A DNA stretch of 64,000 nucleotides. It comes from the human T2T-CHM13v2.0 reference genome, Homo sapiens. This document shows, piece after piece, positions 61,781 through 64,000 of the stretch. Made by a program: the position numbers and the translations under genes. Where the stretch lies: NCBI RefSeq assembly GCF_009914755.1, contig NC_060934.1; one strand, written 5' to 3'. How positions within the stretch are numbered: position 1 is the stretch's first letter; each line of letters begins with the position of its first letter. Below the pieces are notes generated by a model, which was not told where the DNA came from, did no database searches, and worked only from the letters and a program-made list of their open reading frames with translations.

Positions 61781-63817
61781 CTTCGTTGGAAACGGGATTT
61801 CTTCATATAATGCTAGACAGAAGAATTCTCAGTCACTTCTTTGTGTTGTGTGTATTCAAGTCACAGAGTTGAACCTTCCTTTAGACAGAGCAGTTTTGAA
61901 AAATTCTTTCTGTGGAATTTGCAAGTGGAGATTTCAAGCGATTTGTGGCTAATCTTTGAAATGGAAATATCTTCGTGTAAAAACTACACAGAATCATTCT
62001 CAGAAACTGCTTTATCATCTGTGCGTTCAGTTCACAGAGTTTCACCTTTCTCTTCATAGAGCAGTTTGGAAAGACTCTGTCTGTAAAGTCTGCAAGTGAT
62101 TAGTTAGACCCCTTTGAGGCCTTCGTTGGAAGCGGGATTTCTCATTTACTGCTAGACAGAAGAATTCTCAGTAAATCCTTTGTGTTGTGTGTATTCAACT
62201 CACAGAGTGGAACCTTCCTTTATTCAGAGCAGTTTTGAAACACTCTTTTTGTGGAATTTGCAAGTGGAGATTTCAAGCGATTTGACGCCAATCTTAGACA
62301 TGGAAATATCTTCATATTAAAAGTACACAGAGTCATTCGTAGAAACTAGTTTGTGATGTGTGTCTTCAACTCACAGAGTTTAACCTTTCTTTTCATAGAG
62401 CAGTTGGGAAACACTCTATTTGTAAAGTCTGCAAGTGGATATTTGGACCTCTTTGAGGCCTTCGTTGGAAACAGGATTTCTTCATACAACGCTAGACAGA
62501 AGAATTCTCAGTAACTTCTTTGTGTTGAGTGTATTCAACTCACAGAGTTGAACCTTTCTTTAGAGGGAGCAGAGGTGAAACACTCTTTTTGTGGAATTTG
62601 CTAGTGTAGATTTCAAACGCTTCGAAGACAGTGATAGAAAAGGGTATATCTTCGTATTAAAAGTAGACAAAATCATTCTCAGAAAACTCTTTGTGATGTG
62701 TGTGTTCAACTCACAGAGTTTAACCTTTCTTTAATCGAGCAGTTTGGAAATACACTCTTTGTAAGTCTGCAGGTGGATATTTGGCCCTCTTTGAGCCCTT
62801 CGTTGGAAACGGGATTTCCTCATATAATGCTAGACTGAAGAATTCTCAGTAACTTCTTTGTGTTGTTTGTATTCAACACACAGATTTGAACCTTCCTTTA
62901 GAGAGAGCAGATTTGAAACACTCTGTTTTTGGAATTTGCAAGTGCAGATTTCAAGCGCTTCTAGGCCTATGGCAGAAAAGGAAATATCTTCGTATAAAAA
63001 CTACACAGAATCATTCTCAACAACTACTTTGTGATGTGTGCGTTCAACTCACAGAGGTTAACCTTTCTTTTCATAGAGCAGTTTGGAAACACTCTGTTTG
63101 TAAAGCCTGCAAGTGCTTTTTTGGACTTCATTGAGGCCTTCGTTGGAAACGGGATTTCTTCATACAACGCTAGACAGAAGAATTCTCAGTAACTTCTTTG
63201 TGTTGTGTGTATTCAACTCACAGAGTTGAACCATTCTTTAGAGAGAACAGAGTTGAAACACTCTGTTTTTGGAATTTGCAAGTGCAGATTTCAAGCGATT
63301 CTAGGCCTATGGCAGAAAAGGAAATATCTTCGTATAAAAACTACACAGAATCATTCTCAACAACTACTTTGTGATGTGTGCGTTCAACTCACAGAGGTTA
63401 ACCTTTCTTTTCATAGAGCAGTTTGGAAACACTCTGTTTGTAAAGCCTGCAAGTGCTTTTTTTGACTTCATTGAGGCCTTCGTTGGAAACGGGATTTCTT
63501 CATACAACGCTAGACAGAAGAATTCTCAGTAACTTCTTTGTGTTGTGTGTATTCAACTCACAGAGTTGAACCTTTCTTTAGAGAGAACAGAGTTGAAACA
63601 CTCTGTTTTTGGAATTTGCAAGTGCAGATTTCAAGCGATTCTAGGCCTATGGCAGAAAAGGAAATATCTTCGTATAAAAACTACACAGAATCATTCTCAA
63701 CAACTACTTTGTGATGTGTGCGTTCAACTCACAGAGTTTAACCTTTCTTTTCATAGAGCAGTTTGGAAACACTCTGTTTGTAAAGCCTGCAAGTGCTTTT
63801 TTGGACTTCATTGAGGC
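61781..63817 (+). repeat. 12-mer HOR variant ABCDEE (2037 bp)
   Basis: Two E dimers at 63138 and 63478 follow D at 62798. Confidence 0.92.
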
Positions 63818-64000
63818 CTTCGTTGGAAACGGGATTTCTTCATATAATGCTAGACAGAAGAATTCTCAGTCACTTCTTTGTGTTGTGTGTATTCAAGTCA
63901 CAGAGTTGAACCTTCCCTTAGATAGAGCAGTTTTGAAAAATTCTTTCTGTGTAATTTGCAAGTGGAGATTTCAAGCGATTTGAGGCTAATCTTTGAAATG

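Larger units (their letters stand above)
1..64000 (+). repeat. Alpha-satellite higher-order repeat array, SF1 dimeric (J1/J2) type, probably human chr10 D10Z1 (S1C10H1L)
   Basis: Continuous ~170-bp monomers with alphoid motifs (CATTCTCAGAAACT, TTCAACTCACAGAGTT, GAGCAGTTTGGAAACACTC). CENP-B box CTTCGTTGGAA(A/G)CGGGA and EcoRI GAATTC recur about every 340 bp. HOR copies are near-identical. Unit starts (monomer count): 1(10), 1698(6), 2717(14), 5092(6), 6111(10), 7808(6), 8827(10), 10524(6), 11543(10), 13240(6), 14259(6), 15278(10), 16975(8), 18332(10), 20029(6), 21048(12), 23083(6), 24102(8), 25459(6), 26478(10), 28175(6), 29193(6), 30212(6), 31231(6), 32250(6), 33269(10), 34966(6), 35985(10), 37682(10), 39379(10), 41076(8), 42433(8), 43790(10), 45487(8), 46844(10), 48541(8), 49898(6), 50917(6), 51936(6), 52955(8), 54312(6), 55331(6), 56350(8 variant), 57709(6), 58727(10), 60424(8), 61781(12), 63818(partial). 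The confidence value is for alpha satellite; the chromosome assignment is about 0.65. Confidence 0.99.

Noticed and set aside
1-63817. Order of 6/8/10-mer units as an information-bearing code or a novel biological system
   Set aside because: The order is accounted for by nested duplications and dimer-register deletions marked by shared SNVs. Nothing in the sequence supports a function beyond centromeric satellite.
61-63983. Many recurring 63-92 aa ORFs (MCCVYSS..., MCIQLTE..., MMCAFNS..., MNLPLER..., MCVQLTE...)
   Set aside because: They are translations of the satellite that recur with the repeat period, mostly start at TTG/GTG, overlap in several frames and have no recognisable domain or gene context. 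I used them only as positional markers.
1-64000. CRISPR-like pattern of a conserved motif with regular spacing
   Set aside because: The intervening sequences are homologous repeats rather than unique spacers, the period is 170/340 bp, there are no cas genes, and the motif is the CENP-B box.
1-64000. Transposon (L1/Alu) insertion, inversion or array boundary
   Set aside because: Unit lengths sum exactly to 63817 bp from whole dimers minus two 1-bp deletions, leaving no room for an insertion. No poly-A tail, target-site duplication or strand switch was seen.
1-64000. Alternative SF1 assignments (D7Z1 6-mer, D12Z3 8-mer, D16Z2 10-mer, D1Z7/D5Z2/D19Z3)
   Set aside because: Here the 6- and 10-mers are derivatives of one four-dimer set via a hybrid dimer, which fits my recollection of D10Z1 better. 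These alternatives are not formally excluded without alignment to reference HOR models.

Overview
The whole 64 kb window is primate (most likely human) centromeric alpha-satellite DNA: an uninterrupted head-to-tail array of ~170-bp monomers in one orientation, organised as ~340-bp dimers. Each dimer has one CENP-B-box monomer, one monomer without a box and one EcoRI site, which is the suprachromosomal family 1 (J1/J2) pattern. I see no genes, transposon insertions or inversions, and all ORFs in the track are repeat artefacts. Counting from CENP-B box to CENP-B box there are five dimer types: A (340 bp), B (339), C (338), D (340) and a C/D hybrid E (340). These build 47 complete higher-order repeat (HOR) units: 21 six-mers (ABE, 1019 bp), 14 ten-mers (ABCDE, 1697 bp), 8 eight-mers (ABCD, 1357 bp), one 14-mer, two different 12-mers and one non-canonical 8-mer. 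An SF1 8-mer with frequent 6- and 10-mer variants best fits the active human chromosome 10 array D10Z1; this assignment is from recall and was not verified by alignment. I found no undescribed biological system. The points of interest concern array evolution: nested local duplications, long-range copies, linked SNV haplotypes, CENP-B box loss concentrated at one HOR position, conversion patches and a cluster of private substitutions beside a recombination junction. All counts are manual readings.
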